Shown: in pieces, positions 63,369 to 64,000 of the stretch
How positions within the stretch are numbered: position 1 is the stretch's first letter
How the letters are laid out: every line of letters begins with the position of its first letter
Assembly (NCBI GenBank): GCA_037127795.1
Contig: JBAXXQ010000002.1
Location: 11-64,010 of the forward strand
Source of the DNA: a bacterium
GTDB lineage: Bacteria; Patescibacteriota; Minisyncoccia; Phycocordibacterales; UBA9973
Reading direction: 5' to 3'
Length of the DNA: 64,000 nucleotides
The notes under the pieces: model-generated
Told to the model about the DNA's origin: nothing
Databases searched by the model: none
What the model saw: only the letters and a program-made list of their open reading frames with translations
Made by a program: the position numbers and the translations under genes

Positions 63369-64000
63369 ATGAGACAGTGGTACAAACAATGCTTTACCGA
63401 TAGACGCTTTATTTATTCTCTTATAGAAGGATTTTTTTTACTCGGTATAAGTTTGATAATACAATTTTTTACTAGTGCGTATGTAAATAGTCTACCTTCT
63501 ACTCCAGTAGCTGATTTGATTTTAAGTAATACTCGTGTGCATGATGTCGATGGTATGTTTGTTTGGGGGACAGTATTTATATTTTTGTTTGTAGTATTTT
63601 TGGGTATAAAAGAAATACAGCGTGTACCATTTATTATAAAAAGTGTTGCATTGTTTACACTTATTAGATCAGTATTTGTCGTACTGACGCATATCAGTGC
63701 ATTCCCTACACATATTGCTATAAGTTCTGCGTTTTTTACCAGAGAAGCATTTAATGGTATCTTCACAGGAAATGATTTGTTTTTCTCGGGGCACACAGGA
63801 TTACCATTTTTGCTCGCATTGATGTTTTGGGATAGTGTATATCTCCGGTATATCTTCCTTTTTTTCTCAGGTATGTTTGCGACTGTGGTATTGCTCGGTC
63901 ATATTCACTATTCTATAGATGTGCTTTCAGCATTCTTTATTACGTATAGTATTTTCCAGCTCTGTAAATTCTTTTTCAAAAAAGATTGGGAATTATTTGG
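63369..64000 (+). CDS. PAP2-superfamily-like integral membrane protein, 3'-partial (runs off the window; absent from the ORF track)
   Basis: The frame is open from the ATG at 63369 to the window end. It is multi-TM with an FFSGHTGL (PSGH-like) motif and LLGHIHYSIDVL (SR..H...D-like), suggestive of the PAP2 C2/C3 motifs. Confidence 0.45.
   Translation, partial: MRQWYKQCFTDRRFIYSLIEGFFLLGISLIIQFFTSAYVNSLPSTPVADLILSNTRVHDVDGMFVWGTVFIFLFVVFLGIKEIQRVPFIIKSVALFTLIRSVFVVLTHISAFPTHIAISSAFFTREAFNGIFTGNDLFFSGHTGLPFLLALMFWDSVYLRYIFLFFSGMFATVVLLGHIHYSIDVLSAFFITYSIFQLCKFFFKKDWELF

Noticed and set aside
63413-63796. Minus-strand 127-aa ORF at the 3' end of the window
   Set aside because: It sits opposite a longer open + strand frame with coherent membrane-protein features (PAP2-like). 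The + strand gene follows the upstream hydrolase gene by 2 nt in operon fashion.
1-64000. CRISPR array or cas genes
   Set aside because: No short direct repeats regularly spaced by unique spacers were seen in any intergenic region, and no Cas-like ORFs are present.

Overview
This window is a low-GC bacterial chromosomal segment (GC roughly 38-40% by eye). The ORFs look intact under the standard code. The region is gene-dense, with many Rho-independent hairpin terminators and few obvious Shine-Dalgarno sites.

Core genes:
- A partial ribosomal spc/alpha-type cluster on the + strand: rpsZ-rpsH-rplF-rplR-rpsE-rplO-secY-adk-map. There is no L30 gene between rpsE and rplO.
- An infC-rpmI-rplT operon on the - strand.
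- Divergent smpB and ftsH genes, with a tmRNA (ssrA) gene on the - strand immediately downstream of smpB. The tmRNA produced no call in the ORF track.
- recG, a malic enzyme, mscL, a CopA P-type ATPase with HMA-domain partners, a heterodimeric ABC exporter pair, DedA, a GT4 glycosyltransferase, an alpha/beta hydrolase and a PAP2-like membrane protein that runs off the 3' edge.
- Two tRNAs with unusual anticodons: tRNA-Ile(UAU) on the + strand and a type-II Ser-like tRNA on the - strand whose anticodon loop reads ACU.

Accessory content:
1. An island sits directly after map, where infA-rpmJ-rpsM... would normally follow. It contains a MazG-like NTP pyrophosphohydrolase tightly coupled to a 675-aa three-domain protein: a GIY-YIG nuclease, an SF1/DUF2075 helicase-like ATPase and a LexA/UmuD-type S24 peptidase domain with a Cys-Gly candidate autocleavage site. 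This is my best candidate for an undescribed DNA-damage- or phage-triggered defence module. The island also carries an HTH-XRE/Panacea antitoxin with a RelE-fold toxin and VF530, a TfoX_N-like protein paired with a MazF-like toxin, TspO, YgjP and a glyoxalase (VOC)-fold protein.
2. Two tail-fibre-like surface proteins each end in a peptidase-S74 intramolecular chaperone domain. One is a 5'-partial 1052-aa protein at the window start. The other is a 3375-aa giant with four discoidin (F5/8 type C)-like modules, a Thr/Pro-rich tail and a perfect 212-bp intragenic direct repeat.
3. A dockerin-bearing secreted protein with a poly-Gly tract is followed by two membrane-anchored cohesin-like proteins.
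4. A beta-propeller protein carries a type-IX-secretion-like C-terminal sorting domain.
5. A highly conserved strong promoter module of roughly 50 nt (TTGACT-N17-TATTAT with AATATGC upstream of the -10) recurs at at least four loci.

Taxonomy is uncertain. The missing rpmD, the giant adhesins and the cohesin/dockerin proteins are CPR/Patescibacteria-like. The T9SS-type CTD and a Cys-lipoprotein are FCB/Bacteroidota-like.
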